From Ranitomeya imitator (taxonomy: Eukaryota): a DNA stretch of 64,000 nucleotides. Made by a program: the position numbers and the translations under genes. The stretch lies in assembly GCF_032444005.1 (NCBI RefSeq), contig NC_091282.1, positions 307,706,001 to 307,770,000 on the forward strand, read 5' to 3'. The notes beneath the pieces are model-generated. The model had not been told where the DNA came from and did not search any database. It saw only the letters and a program-made list of their open reading frames with translations. Position 1 is the stretch's first letter. Each line of letters starts with the position of its first letter. Below, in pieces: positions 12,705-28,184 of this stretch.

Positions 12705-13820
12705 TGAGTCGCCCGCCATGGGGTACTCGGTACCGGGTCCTGCGTTCACAGGGGGATGTCACGGTGGCGACCTGGTCTGTGCCCCTGGGCGCCCATGTAA
12801 AAGGGAAAGGTCTTTAAAGGAAATAAAGTTTATGTTCGTGACGCCACCTGCGGTATTCGGTCTGCTTTAAGGGGTCCTCTGGGGTGATGTTATGGCAGCT
12901 AGATGGTATAACTTCCCACAGGTGAAGTATATCCCCAGGGCTCCCGGTGTGTAGATGGAAGATGGTGAATGGCGCAGTAAAGAACGAGGACACAGGTTTG
13001 CAGTCTCTTTACCTGGTTTACTGAAGACTTCAGGCAGCCACAGTCCAGGGTACCAGATCACAGGGCAGGCAGGGTCCGGCTGGCTTGGAGGCAAGTTAGG
13101 AGTCCCCTTATCCAGGTGGAAATCAAAGCTTTCCTCTAGCGCCGTGGTGTTGTAGTCCTTTACTGCCTATGGCTTCAGATAAGGTCCTCACGGATGTTCT
13201 CTCTCTCTCTGTCCCCCGTATAGGATAGGACACAACCCGTATGACTGGTGACTTGAGCCTGTTTATAGGGAATCTAACACGCCCTGGACTCTCTAGGTGT
13301 CACCATGTCTCCTGGGTTTTAGGGCGGACAGGTAACTTGAAGTTCAGCTGTCCTGCCTGTCTCTGATGTAAGTCGTGGAGTCTCTTACAACCTCGGTGTT
13401 CCGGCTACCGGTCTCTGCGCCTCAGAAGGAGTCAGCCTGGTCGTGTCTGATCTCCCACTGATATCTTCTCCTGTGCTTCGCTCTCCTACATGCTCACTGT
13501 AATATATTCAGCTTTCTGTGTGTCTCTTTTCAGGAGCTGCAGCACTGTGGCTACACAGCTCCGTAAACCCTCTTCTGCCTCAGACTGATCCAGTCTGTTT
13601 CCTGGCAAGAACTGACTAACTTTCCCTACAAACTACCATATATATGGGGAATCACTTAGTAAATAGGATCAAAAGCTCCCCCTGGTGGCCTGGAGTGTGA
13701 ATGTGTTACATGCTTGTGTTTACCTGGTTACAATTATCCCTTCTTGCCTCCAAACGTAACATCACTCTCCCCATGAGGAAAGCAATGCTACAGTGACGAC
13801 CAGGACCTTGGGGCGTCACA
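12705..13820. mobile_element. Solo LTR (Gypsy-like)
   Basis: TG...CA termini, imperfect terminal inverted repeat TGAGTCGCCC/GGGCGTCACA, 4-bp TSD GGTA at 12701-12704 and 13821-13824. Confidence 0.75.
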
Positions 13821-15440
13821 GGTACATTTATTGAGTTTGTCTTTGAAGTTCAGCATTTTGTCCAACAGACTAAAAGATGTCAATGTCTGCAGTGCTGCAA
13901 CTCCAGTCACTGTATCTTCAGGCTGACATTATGCTTTCCATTACCTGTTGTTAAACTCTTTCACTCTGTATGAACCAATGCCAAGGCTTCTTTAATGACC
14001 AAAGCCATTGTTGTGGCCTTTCTGTCCTATGTGTTTTTCTAATTTGGGTATCTCCATTAACCTAAGATTTGGGGTACAGGTCTCTCCCTGCTTGTGTGTA
14101 CCGGCAGAGACCTGTTAATCCAGTGCAGCGAGCGGGCAGAAGCCACCGGGGACCTGCCTGTCTGACTAGTCTCCAGCAGCTATTAAAGTATGTTTTTCTC
14201 TTAAGCTTTTCAGAGTCAAATATACCTGGGTGAGATCATACAGCCACTGCATGATACATGTTGACCGTGGATTGGACAGCTTGTTTCAGCTGACAGGTTC
14301 CCTTTAACCAGATATTATAGTGGCTAGTGTGACCTAGGCACCATAGAATACAAGGATAGATGCCAAAACCAGAGATATTTGGATTTCACCCAATATTTTC
14401 ATGTAAAAGGCAGCCAAAGCCTATAGCAAATGCCCACAAAGAGTGATGGACTGTTTTCTGTGTGGGGTTGGAATGGCTGTTTTGTTGATGGCTCTGAGGT
14501 GGTTGGGGAGAAGGACTAGTTTGTATTCTTTGCCAACAATGAAAGCACATAGAGAAAATATTTCATGCAAATAATAATATATTCCATTGCGCTGCATATG
14601 TCCCTCTGTCTTCTGCTCCCACCATATAGGATCGCAGTGGAGAGCTGGTATACAAAGGTTCAGCATGTACAGTTATTCTCTGACATGTGTTTTTGGCAGG
14701 ATGCAGAAGTCATAAGAGAAGCCTGTATTTTGTTGAAAATGCTCGTGAGAGCATCCGCAGGGAATCTGATGTTCCTCTACCCGTTAGCTCTATTACTCCC
14801 ACTTGTAAAGGAGTGATTCACCTAATAGGTATATATTAGAGAATTGCTGTAAATCGAATTTCCCAATCTATAAGTGGAACGGGTGACATGGAGTCTTGGA
14901 TTGGGTTGCACAACCTGTTCACATAGTCCTCTTCTCTACAGCAGATTGCATCTGTTTGCAGGTGTCACATCAATGACATTATGCCATTACTAATGACAGC
15001 TCTTTAGCACACTGCTGTACTTCTCAGAACAAGGTTGGTCCAGGGGCTGGTGACTTGTGTTAAAGGAGCTCTGGAACAGAAAGCTGCTTGTGTAATTCTC
15101 ATCTGTGTATGGTAATGCTGCTGGGGCTTCTTAGAAATGGAGAAATGTCATAAAGTAGTGATCATAGGGAACAAATGTTTGTAATAAAACCTATTGAAGA
15201 AACTACAGAAAGCTTCTCCTAAGCCTGGAATAATGGAGCAATAGATTTATGAAGCAGCCTAACGTCACTATGAAATTACAGGCGCATAGGTTTATGCAGT
15301 TACTGTAAAGTCCATACTTGGCACCCACCAGCTCTACTTACCAGGTAGGCACATGCCCGGCTGCTTATTCCACTCTTTCTGTAACTCCCATAGACTTTGA
15401 CGTCAGTGTTATTCTATTTTGGGGGTTCAGAAAGTTTAAG

Positions 15441-15707
15441 TTATTTAATTTACTTGTGTATATAGCGGCATTAATTTCCACAATGCTTTAAGGACATCGT
15501 CATCATTGTCCACTTGGAGCTCACAATCTAAATTCCCTATCAGTATGTCTTTGGAGTGTGGGAGACAATCATAGACCTTGGAAAAAACCTATGCAAACAT
15601 GGGGAGAACATACAAACTCCTTGCAGATGTTCTTCTTGGTGGGATTTGAACCCAGGACCCCAGCAATGAAACGCAACAGAGCTAACCATTGAGCCACTGT
15701 GCTGCCC
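15441..15707 (-). mobile_element. tRNA-derived SINE (V-SINE-like core, L2-like tail)
   Basis: Minus strand begins GGGCAGCACAGTGGCTCAATGG (A box) ... GGTTCAAATCC (B box), then GGAGTTTGTATGTTCTCCCC core; a shorter relic lies near 4820-4915. Confidence 0.8.
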
Positions 15708-15893
15708 GTCTCTTTCCAGGCTTTCCTATAGGAAAGCTTGAGTTTGATGTAGTGTCCATGCATGTACGATAAATGCCCTAGCAAAAGCAAGTGTTGTTTA
15801 TCAGTATTATAGAATTGCCAAAAACATGAATGTAGCACTAAATAGTTGTGGTCCATTTTGATGGTAGATGAAGAATAACTTTGCATTGAAATA

Positions 15894-18452
<2,559 letters not shown>

Positions 18453-20052
18453 TAGTTTGGAAGCCTTCTAGGTAAGGGTTCCTAAATCTGCCTTGATGTC
18501 TGAATCCTTCTCTAACTTGTTCTTTAGCTTAACTTTGCATTTTTATGATATTCTCAGTAACTTCCAATGAGAGTGTTTCTAGCCGGATTCACCATACTTT
18601 TAAGACCTATAAGACGCACACTGGTCCATAAGACGCTCGTCTAGAGGAGGAAATTAGAAAAAAAATTGAAGCAAAAAAATTGGTCAATTCTGTACTAATA
18701 TCTCTTATCCTGGTATACATGTTCCCCTCATCCCCATCCTGGTGTGCATGGCCCCCTCATCCCTATCCAGGTATGCATGGCCTCCTCATCCCTATCCTGG
18801 TATGCATGCCCCCTTATCCTTATCCCTATCCTGGTATTCATGGCCCCCTCATCCCTATCCTGGTAGGCATGTCCCTTTTATCCAGGGCCATATTTAGAGT
18901 TTATGCTGCCCTAGGCACTTTTCGTGCTGCCTCCCCCATTGGTGAGTATGACACTGTCGGCAGTGACTTAGGCTACTTTCACTTCAGCGATTTTTGCCAT
19001 TTGCGGCAGACCCGGCAGTTTTTCCGTATCTGCCGCGCAACAGATCACTTACAGCAACAGTGCATTCGGCCTCATTCATTCCCTTCTGCTATAAGGACAC
19101 GTGCATCTTTTGCGGTTTTGCCGCGATCCAGCAAATGTGGTACTTGCAGCAACGGGAAAAAAAAAAGCTGCTACCAGTGTTTTTTTTTGTCTCTTTGTAA
19201 GTGCAAAACCGCAAGTGCCGCACATGTCCGCAAGTCCCATAGGGAATGAATGAGGCCAAATTTATGTATATACCCATGTAGCTCTTTCAAAGACAATTCC
19301 AGCAATATTTTTACATGTTCGGTCAATTCATCTGAAATCAATTTGCATACATATGCAAATGAGGGAGTAGATCTGTTACTCCAGCTCTATACCCGCTCAG
19401 TGCCACCTCTTCCTGATCGACTTATATCTCTTTTTTCCAGAAAGAAACACAGCATAGAGGCTGTCAGTGAACCAAAAGGAGGTGGCACTCTGTGGGAAAT
19501 AGAGCTGGAAATAGAGCTGGAGTGATAGAGGGTTAAGATCCACCATAGTCGTTTGGCATTATTTATATATCAATTGAAATGCTGATTTCTGAATAAGGGA
19601 GAAAGGGACTGACCATATAAAGGTATTTATGGAGTTTGTCTTTGAAAGAGCTACATGCACATATAAAAGGTTTGGAGGGGTGAAATCCGCAGATAGACTG
19701 CCTTTAAATAAATATACTGTCACTTTCCCTGTGTTTGTACGGCTAAGTAATGAAGAGAAAATGAGTGGCAGCCATAGATCTCACTTCCAGTTAATGTCCC
19801 ATGAACCCGAGAGTCGACACTGGTGGACTAGAGCCAACACAAGTGGTCAGTCTTCACAGAACTGCGGTGACAGTGCGGGCAAGGCTTTCACTAGGATTTT
19901 TGGGGCCCCACATTGGCAACATTTTTGGGCCCCCTTATGACTCCGCCCAGATTCCACCCCAGTTCCGCCTGCACACCCTTAAGCCTTCCACAGTCCCAAT
20001 GCCCGCTCTTGGAAAAACTCATCTTCTGCACCACGTCCTCACCAATCTGATA

Positions 20053-20452
20053 TTAAAGGGAACCTGTCACCCCTGCGCACTGCAGTACTTTGCTCTGCCC
20101 TCAACAGGGTAGATAAGCCCCCGATGTTACCTGAAAGAGAAGAAAAAGACGTTAGATTATACTCACCCAGGGGCGGTCCCGCTGCTGGTCCGGTCGGATG
20201 GGTGTCTCTGGTCCGCTGCGGTGCCTCCCATCTTCATTCCAAGACGTCCTCTTCTGATCTTCAGCCACGGCTCCGGCGCAGGCGTACTTTGTCTGCCCTG
20301 TTGAGGGCAGAGCAAAGTACTGCAGTGCGCAGGCGCCGGGCCTCTGACCTTTCCGGCGCCTGCGCACTGCAGTACTGCAATGCTGTAGATAAGCCCCTGA
20401 TGCCGGTGGGCTTACCTTACCCGCGATTTTCGGGGTGACAGGTTCCCTTTAA
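20053..20452. mobile_element. TTAA MITE (T2/Kolobok-type ends)
   Basis: TTAAAGGGAACCTGTCACC...GGTGACAGGTTCCCTTTAA; internal inverted symmetry. Confidence 0.85.
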
Positions 20453-20997
20453 CAGTTCTCAGCAGACAGCAGATCACATACATAGCTAGCAGCTTTTGTT
20501 TTGGCCAAAATAATTTTTAAGCCGCCACCACAACAAGATAGACTCTTTTGGTCGGGCCTTAAGCTACTCTAACCTAATAAACATTTCTTAAAATATCCAA
20601 TACTCTTTTTAGGTATATTTTTATTTATTTTTAAGGGATTGAGTCACATATATTTTTTAGAATGACAATTAATACTACATACAAGAGAGGAATACTATCA
20701 CACCATGACCAGATGACTTATTACCACCACATAGTGATGGAATAATACCACATACAAGGAACAAATACCTCCATACCGTGACGAGATCACATATTACCAT
20801 CACATAGTGACCAGATAATACCATATACAGGGAGAAATACCGCCACACCATAACCAGATCACATACTACCACCACATAGTGACCGAATACTACAATACTG
20901 ATCATTAATAAGAAAAACACAACACTAATGCCATTATATACAGGAGCTCTGTATATAATGTCAGTGTATAGGTAATACAGTGATCACCAGTGACATT

Positions 20998-23733
20998 GAC
21001 CTGCCTAGGTTGACTGGACCTGCCTAGGTTGAGTAAAGAAGACTGTGAGTTGTTGGAGGAGCCGATTGGGGAGGAAGAATTGGGGGCCGCTTTGGCGGGG
21101 GTTGCTGGGGGTAGGGCTCCGGGGGCGGATGGTATTCCAGCTGAGATGTACAAGGTATTGAAAGAAACTTTGTTGGCCAAACTGTCGGAGGTGTATAATA
21201 GGTCATTGGAAAGAGGGGAGTTACCTGTTTCAATGAGAGAGGCTATCGTGGTCGTTATCCCTAAGGCCGACAAGGACCCACAATTACCAGAATCCTATAG
21301 ACCATTCTCACTTTTGACGGCTGACATTAAGATACTGGCAAAAGCTCTGGCAAACAGGTTATCTAGGGTGATTGACAGACTGGTTCACCCGGATCAGTCA
21401 GGCTTTATGCCCAATAAATCAACGGCACTTAATCTGAGAAGGTTATTTTTAAATTTGCAAATCCCTTCTGACAATGTTGGCAAACGGGTTGTGGTATCCT
21501 TGGACGCTCATAAGGCTTTTGATTGCGTGGAGTGGAGTTATTTGTGGTCAGTACTGGAACGAATGGGGTTTGGACCTAAATTTATCTCATGGGTGCGGCT
21601 GTTGTACTCTTCTCCGGTGGCCAAAATTAGAGTGAATGACGCTCTCTCTGAGACTTTCTCTTTATCTAGAGGTACTAGACAGGGCTGCCCTCTGTCCCCG
21701 CTGCTCTTCGCCTTGGCGGTGGAACCCCTTGCCGCAAAGATCAGAGGGTCCCGGGAGGTGAAGGGTTTTATGTACGGGGAGGCGGAAGAAAAAGTAGCGT
21801 TATACGCTGATGATATCCTGCTCTTCTTGGAGGATTCCGAGGGGACCTTGGTAAAGACGGAGGCCATTATTGAGGAATTCGGGAGTTATTCGGGCTTAAG
21901 GATCAATTGGGACAAATCGAATATGATGTTGATAGATGGGGATAGTGGGGACGGTGATGGGGGGGACTCTGTCACAAGGTTGAGGCTAGTTGAGAAATTT
22001 AAGTACTTGGGGATTCAGATCGCACTCCCTCTGACTAGCTTTGAGGAACTGAATTTGGCACCTCTTCTGCGTAAGATACGTACCAAGGTCCAGGCGTGGA
22101 AAAAGCTACACTTATCGGTAATTGGTAGGATAAACCTGATAAAGATGATTGTGATGCCGCAGTTACTCTATGTGTTGCACAATTCCCCTATATGGATATC
22201 GCAGAATAGGTTTCGGAGGATTAGATCTTTGTTTGGTGAGCTGATCTGGGGTGGGAAGAGCCCCAGATTTAAACAGGAAACCCTACAGAGACCAAAGACG
22301 GAGGGAGGGGTGGCATTGCCCAATCCGTGGTTGTATTTTTTGGCCTCACAGTGTCAGCATTTCAAGGGATGGGGAGATGGGTCAGGTGGGATGCGGGCAC
22401 CTTGCAGCCTGAGATCATTGATTGGGACAAAGGTGTTGAGTGAGGGCCTAGAGGGGGGACATTTCCGTGAGAAAGGTTCTAAATTTTGCACTGTAAGGCT
22501 CATTCACAAGGTGTGGGATAAAGTTAAAGGAATTAGGGGTGTACGGGCACTCACTAGATTCTCACCCATTTGGAACAACTGTGTCCTACAGGAGTTTAGA
22601 CAGATGGAGGGATTTCATATTGGGAGGGAGGCAGGCATCTCTCGGATGGGCCAGATTTTACATCAGGGTAGAATTAGAGACTTTGAGATACTGCAGGAAG
22701 AATTTTTACTCCCGGAGTCTGAGATGTACCAATACCGTCGTCTTTCTCATGCGTACCGGGCACAGTGTAAGAGAGGGCCTGTTGAAATCCAGGTGGATCT
22801 TATGCTGGATTTTATCCTTGAAGGGGGAGGCACGAAGGAGGTGATTTCGGGTATATATGAATTCCTTCTATTTTCTTTTCTGGCGGAGCACCCTATTAGA
22901 GCAAGGGCGAAATGGGAGGCTGACCTGGGGGCGATTGATGATGACCGATGGGAATCAGTATTGGATTATGTGCCCAAGATATCAATGAGTGAGCCTGGTA
23001 GGCTGTCACAATTATTTGTCATTCATAGGGCTTACAGAACCCCAGACATGTTATTTAAAGCCGGATTAAGGCCTAATTCAGAATGCCCTAGATGCTCGCA
23101 GTCCGAAGCGGGCATCCTTCATATGTTGTGGCAGTGCCCCAGGCTGTCCTCCTTTTGGGTGGTGGTGTTGAATAAAGTGGGTTTGGCATATAGTTGTAAT
23201 GTGCCTCGGGATCCTCTGGTATGTGTTTTTTTGGCTATGTGGAGGAGGTAATAACTGATAAGCTGTATAAAACGGTTATAGCTAGACTGTTATTTATTGC
23301 GCGAAAGTTGATCGCCAAATTCTGGATTAGGGAAGAGCCACCAACAAGGAGAGACTTTATGAAGCAAGTGGACCATATCATTGCTTTGGAGAAGAGTATC
23401 TACGTTAGGAGGAACAAGATGGACCTCTTTGACAGGTTGTGGAGCCCGTGGCTTGAATCAATGTGACCTGAAGACCTTTTGCCCCTATGGAAATATTTTT
23501 TGACAAGTCATCTTCCTCTTCTTGTACTTTTGTATGTGATAATTTAGTGGGGGATGACTCTTGACAGGTCTCTAGTGGGTGGGGGGAAGGGGGGTGGGAG
23601 TTTGGTTTGGGACTAAATAAGTTTTCTAACAAAAAAAAGTATTGTGTATTTGTATATTGCTGAAAACAAACTATTCCTTTTATTGTTTATGCACAATTTT
23701 GATGGTTTAATAAAAATATCTGATTCAAAAAAA
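20998..23733 (+). mobile_element. 5'-truncated L1-clade LINE
   Basis: TSD ACCAGTGACATT at 20986-20997 and 23734-23745; AATAAA near 23709 followed by a short A tail. Confidence 0.92.
21029..23466 (+). pseudogene. L1 ORF2 fragment: RT domain plus C-terminal Cys/His knuckle, one frameshift near 23225
   Basis: YRPFSLLTADIKILAKALANRL, SLDAHKAFD, GTRQGCPLSP, LYADD, CPRC...HMLWQC; C-terminus continues in frame 23221-23466. Confidence 0.92.
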
Positions 23734-24559
23734 ACCAGTGACATTATACACAAGAGCTCTGTATATACTGTCAGTGAACAGGTAATAAAGTGTATAGTGT
23801 CAGTGTACAGGTAACACACTGACTCACCAATAACATCTCTAGGTGAAGTCCTTCATCTTTGCTGTTCTTTTTCATGCAGTTCAGACCACCATAATTTTTT
23901 CCAGCCAGGACTTGTCTCTGCATAAAATAACACATAGTTACCTAGAGCCTCGCTTCCTGAGCACATTCCCCACTTTTTTCCTTTCTTCTACTACACTACA
24001 CATCTGAATACTGACGTGCACCCACCATTAATATATAATTAGTTATTATTTATCCACCAATATGCCTCCACCAACTATAAAAAGCCATTTTCCCCACTTA
24101 ATAAACATATACATTAATTAGCCCCTGTACTCTTTCCCACAATTCGTTACCAGCCACTGCATCCTCAGCGCCCCCCACTATGTGCCTCCAGCTCCCCCGA
24201 TTCATTATATTTACATGCCCCTTCCGACCCAATTCATTGTCATGTGTTCTCTCTCCCCCACCCCCACCCTCTATTCATTATCAACTGCTCTCCCCCCACA
24301 TTCAGTACATCATTTACTCCCACCACCCTCAAAATTAATCATTATTTGCTCTCCCCACCTTCAATTCAATTGCTGTCCGCTGTCCCTCACTTCATCATTT
24401 GCAGTCCCCCTCACGTCATCATTTGCAGTCCCCCTTCCCCTCACTTCATCATTCGCAGTTCCCCATTTTCCCCTCACTTCATAATGTTCAGTCCCCTTCC
24501 ATTCATGTGCAGTCCCCCGTCCCCTCCCTCACATAATTTGCAGCCCCCCGCCATCATTT

Positions 24560-25670
24560 GCAGCCATCCCCCTCTCCATCATGTCCAGATCCCCCCTCCA
24601 TCCTTCATGTGCAGATCCCCCCACCATCCATCATGTGCATACCCCACTCCATTCATCATGTGCAGATCCCCCCTCCATCCATCATGTGCAGATCCCCTCT
24701 CCATCCATCATGTGCAGATCCCCCTTCCATCCATCATGTGCAGACCTCCCTCCATCCATCATGTGCAGATTCCCCCCCCCCTCCATCCATCATGTGCAGA
24801 TCCCCCTCCATCAATCATGTGCAGATCCCCCTCCATCATGTGCAGACCCCCTCCATCCATCAAGTGCAAACCCCCTCCATCCATCATGTGCGGACCCCCC
24901 TCCATCCATCATGTTCAGACCCCCCTCCATCCATCATGTGCAGACCTCCCTCCATCCATCATGTGCAGACCCCCCTCCATCCATCATGGGCAGATCCCCC
25001 TCCAACCATCATGTGCAAATCCCCCCTCCATCCATCATGTGCAGATCCCCCTCCATCCATCCTGTGCAGACCCCTCCATCCATCAAGTGCAGACCTCCCT
25101 CCATCATGTGCAGATCTCCTTCCATCCATCATGTGCAGATCTCCTTCCCTCCATCATGTGCAGCTCCCCCCTCCATCCATCATGTGCAGATCCCCCCTCC
25201 ATCCATCATGTGCAGATCCCCCCTTCATCCATCATGTGCAGATCCCCCCTTCATCCATCATGTGCAGATCCCCCCTCCATCCATCATGTGCAGATCCTCC
25301 ATCCATCATGTGCAGACCCCCCTTCATCCATCATGTGCTGATCCCCCTCCATCCATCATGTGCTGATCCCCCTCCATCATGTGCAGATCTCCCTCCATCC
25401 ATCATGTGCAGATCCCCCCTCCATCCATCATGTGCAGATCCCCCCTCCATCCATCATGTGCAGATCCCCCCTCCATCCATCATGTGCAGATCCCCCCTCC
25501 ATCCATCATGTGCAGATCTCCCTCCATCCATCATGTGCAGATCCCCCTCCATCATGTGCCGATCTCCCTCCATCCACCATGTGCAGACCCCCCTCCATCC
25601 ATCAAGTTCAGACCACCCTCCATCCATCATGTGCAGATTCCCCCTTAATCCATCATGTGCAGATCCCCGT
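24560..25670. repeat. C-rich minisatellite, about 20-26-bp unit CCATCCATCATGTGCAGATCCCCCCT
   Basis: Direct reading; unit length varies through the C-runs. Confidence 0.95.
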
Positions 25671-27292
25671 AATGTCCAGACCAGACCACAGGCAGATATT
25701 TATTACACCCCCCACCCCACTTTCTGGGACTGGGTGCAAACAATGCCAGTGCTGCTGCTGTGCCCCAGCTTCCAGACAGAAACGAGCCTGAGGAGTCTGA
25801 GGGAAGTGGTGAGTCACTGACAGAGCCATGCAGCAGGCAGCGCGTGGGCAGGAGGGAGATCATGTTTACTTACTGTGTACTGCTCTGCCGCTGCAAGTCC
25901 CAGGCCAGCAATGTGTGTCCCAGCCAGGTCGGGAGACACGGAACCGCCATTCCACCTCAGCCCCACCCCTGGTAAGTGGAATGTGTGTCAGCAGGGAGTA
26001 GGGAGAGTCGACACCAACACCACATGTACTGACTGCCGCTCTGCCGCCCCCTGTCTTCAGGGATGCAGCGACATCCTCTCCTCACTCACTCCTCAGCAGT
26101 GACTCGCCAGAGACCCAATCCCCCCGCAGCAGCTGGAAGACTGAGGTGGGTGGGCGGGGCGACCCCGGACTTTACAAAAAAAAAAAAAATAATAACTTGC
26201 TCACGTGCCACCCCCCTCGAATTGTCCCGCCCTAGGCAGGTGCCCTCAAGTGCCTTGTTGCAAATACGGCCCTGCCCTTATCCCTAGCCTGGTAGGCATG
26301 TCTCCCTCATCCCTAACCTGGTAGGAATATCCCTCCTATCCCTAGCCTGGTAGGCATGTCCCCCTTATCCCTAGCCTGATAGACATGGCCCCCTCATCCC
26401 TATCCTAGTAGGCATGGTCCCACTCATCCCTATCCTGGTAGGCATGGTCCCCATCTCCGTCCTGGTATGCACGGCCCCATCCTTATCCTGGCATGATTGG
26501 CCTCCATCCCTATCCCGGTATGCATGGCCCTAATCAGAAAAAGATTAAAAAAACCATAAACCATTATACTTACCTTCCTGCACTCCCTCGCAGAGTCTTG
26601 TTCCGATGCCAGCAGCTGATTTATGCTTGTAAGCAGCGCTTGGCAGGGACACCATGCGCTACTTACAAGCCGAGGACAGCTGCCAGAATACTCGCTGCTC
26701 TCCACTTCAGGACTATGTGCGTGGAGAGCAGTTAATATTCATTGCTCTTTAATAGCGGGCACAATGTTAGACACGGGCTTCCTGCAGCTGCCGGGCATTC
26801 ACGTGTGGCTGTTACTAAAGGGAATGAATATTCACTGCATTCCACGCCTATGGGATTGGAGAGCAGTGAATATTCATTGCCTTAAGTAGCGGGCACACGC
26901 GAATGCCAGTCAGCTGCAAGAAGCTGGCGGCTGCGACTAACAGCGCTTCCGCTATTAAAGAGAAATTAATATTCACTGTTCTCCACACCCATGGGCGTGG
27001 GATGAAGTGAATATTAATTTCTTTAGCAGCGGGCACAGGAGTTGGCTGCAGCCGCTGGCTCCTGCCTCCTGTGACCCGCTGCTCTGCCATTGCCGCTCTC
27101 CCACCTCAGCCAGAGCAGGTACATCCGGACTAAAAGATGCACCCCCCATTTTCCTCCACACTTTTGGAGGAAAAAGGTGCGTTTTATAGTCCGAAAAATA
27201 CGGTAATATTGAAACAGCAATATTGTGAAAGGGTATGGTTAATTCGTGCTGAGAAGTGATTAGTATTTACTGGTTGATGTCGCTCCCTTCAG

Positions 27293-27463
27293 GAGTTTCA
27301 AGCCCAACTGGAAGAGATGAAGTTGATGATGCAGCAGTTAGAAGAAGACCTCTTAGCTGCTCGAAATCGTAGTGACCTGTATGAGACAGAATTAAGGGAG
27401 TCAAGATCAGCAGCAGAAGAATTTAAACGCAAAGCTACAGATTGTCAGCAGAAACTTCTGAAG
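27293..27463 (+). CDS. CIT: Citron kinase exon ([57 protein letters not shown])
   Basis: ctcccttcag|...|gtaatc; 171 bp; phase 0. Confidence 0.96.
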
Positions 27464-27681
27464 GTAATCCAGCTTTTCAGCTTAGCATATTATACAAATT
27501 TGAATTTATATTTTAATATTTTTTTTTTTGCTATAACCTTTGACCCTAATGTCATGATAAAAACTGAAGACATGACTATAGATGATATCATAATTTTTAT
27601 TTATATGGTACCAATGTATTCTGCACCAGTTTACAATTAAGCCTGTAAACATAGGGATGAATGACCTTATATGACCATATA

Positions 27682-28120
27682 ATCAAAACATCCAACACCG
27701 CGGAGACACCATCACGTGTTTCTCAAAAGGGAAAACCACCTATGCCATGTTTTGATCTCCCCGAGGTCATTCATCCTTATGTTTATAGTCCTTTTACTAG
27801 GCACTGCTCCTAATAGCCAGTTTCCTACTCCACACTAATGAGGGGCAAATACCCCGAAACAGCTGTCTGTGGATGGATACCATGTTTTGGCATAGGTGGT
27901 TTTCCCTTTTGGGATGCCACCCTTCCTGTGGTTGTTCCTTCCCGGTGAAAGACCTGGCTATTTATTGCTTGCGTTGAGAAACACGTGATGGTGTCTCCGC
28001 GGCTTTTCTCCATGCATTTGCATATTTCCCATAAGGGATGGGGGCAGTGTTCTGGATCACTGCGTTGAGAAATACGTGATGGTGTCTCCGCGGTGTTGGA
28101 TGTTTTGATCTCCCCAAGGT
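27682..28120 (+). mobile_element. Penelope-type relic with nested inverted repeats and a mutated hammerhead motif (27830-27872)
   Basis: 27682-27725 inverted at 28065-28109 and partly at 27975-28003; ccaca-CTAATGA-gggg-caaata-cccc-GAAAC-AGCT-GTC-tgtgg. Confidence 0.7.
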
Positions 28121-28184
28121 CTTTTCTACATGCTTTTCTGCGGCTTTTCTACATGCATTTACAATTAAGCCTGGACATGTGCAG

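Larger units (their letters stand above)
18883..26274. mobile_element. hAT-like element with internal nested repeats
   Basis: TIR CAGGGCCATATTT/AAATACGGCCCTG; flanking 8-mers cttttatc and cccttatc (degenerate TSD). Confidence 0.6.
18592..27203. mobile_element. Tc1/mariner superfamily (Tc2/Tigger-like) non-autonomous element split by nested insertions
   Basis: Right TIR gtgcgttttatagtccgaaaaatacgg|TA; degenerate left TIR ccatacttttaagacctataagacgcac; the same ccctcatccctatcctggtatgcatgg minisatellite is present in both halves. Confidence 0.65.

Noticed and set aside
24244-25820. Pro/His/Cys-rich ORFs in three frames
   Set aside because: The C-rich minisatellite lacks stop triplets on the + strand, so openness is a compositional effect.
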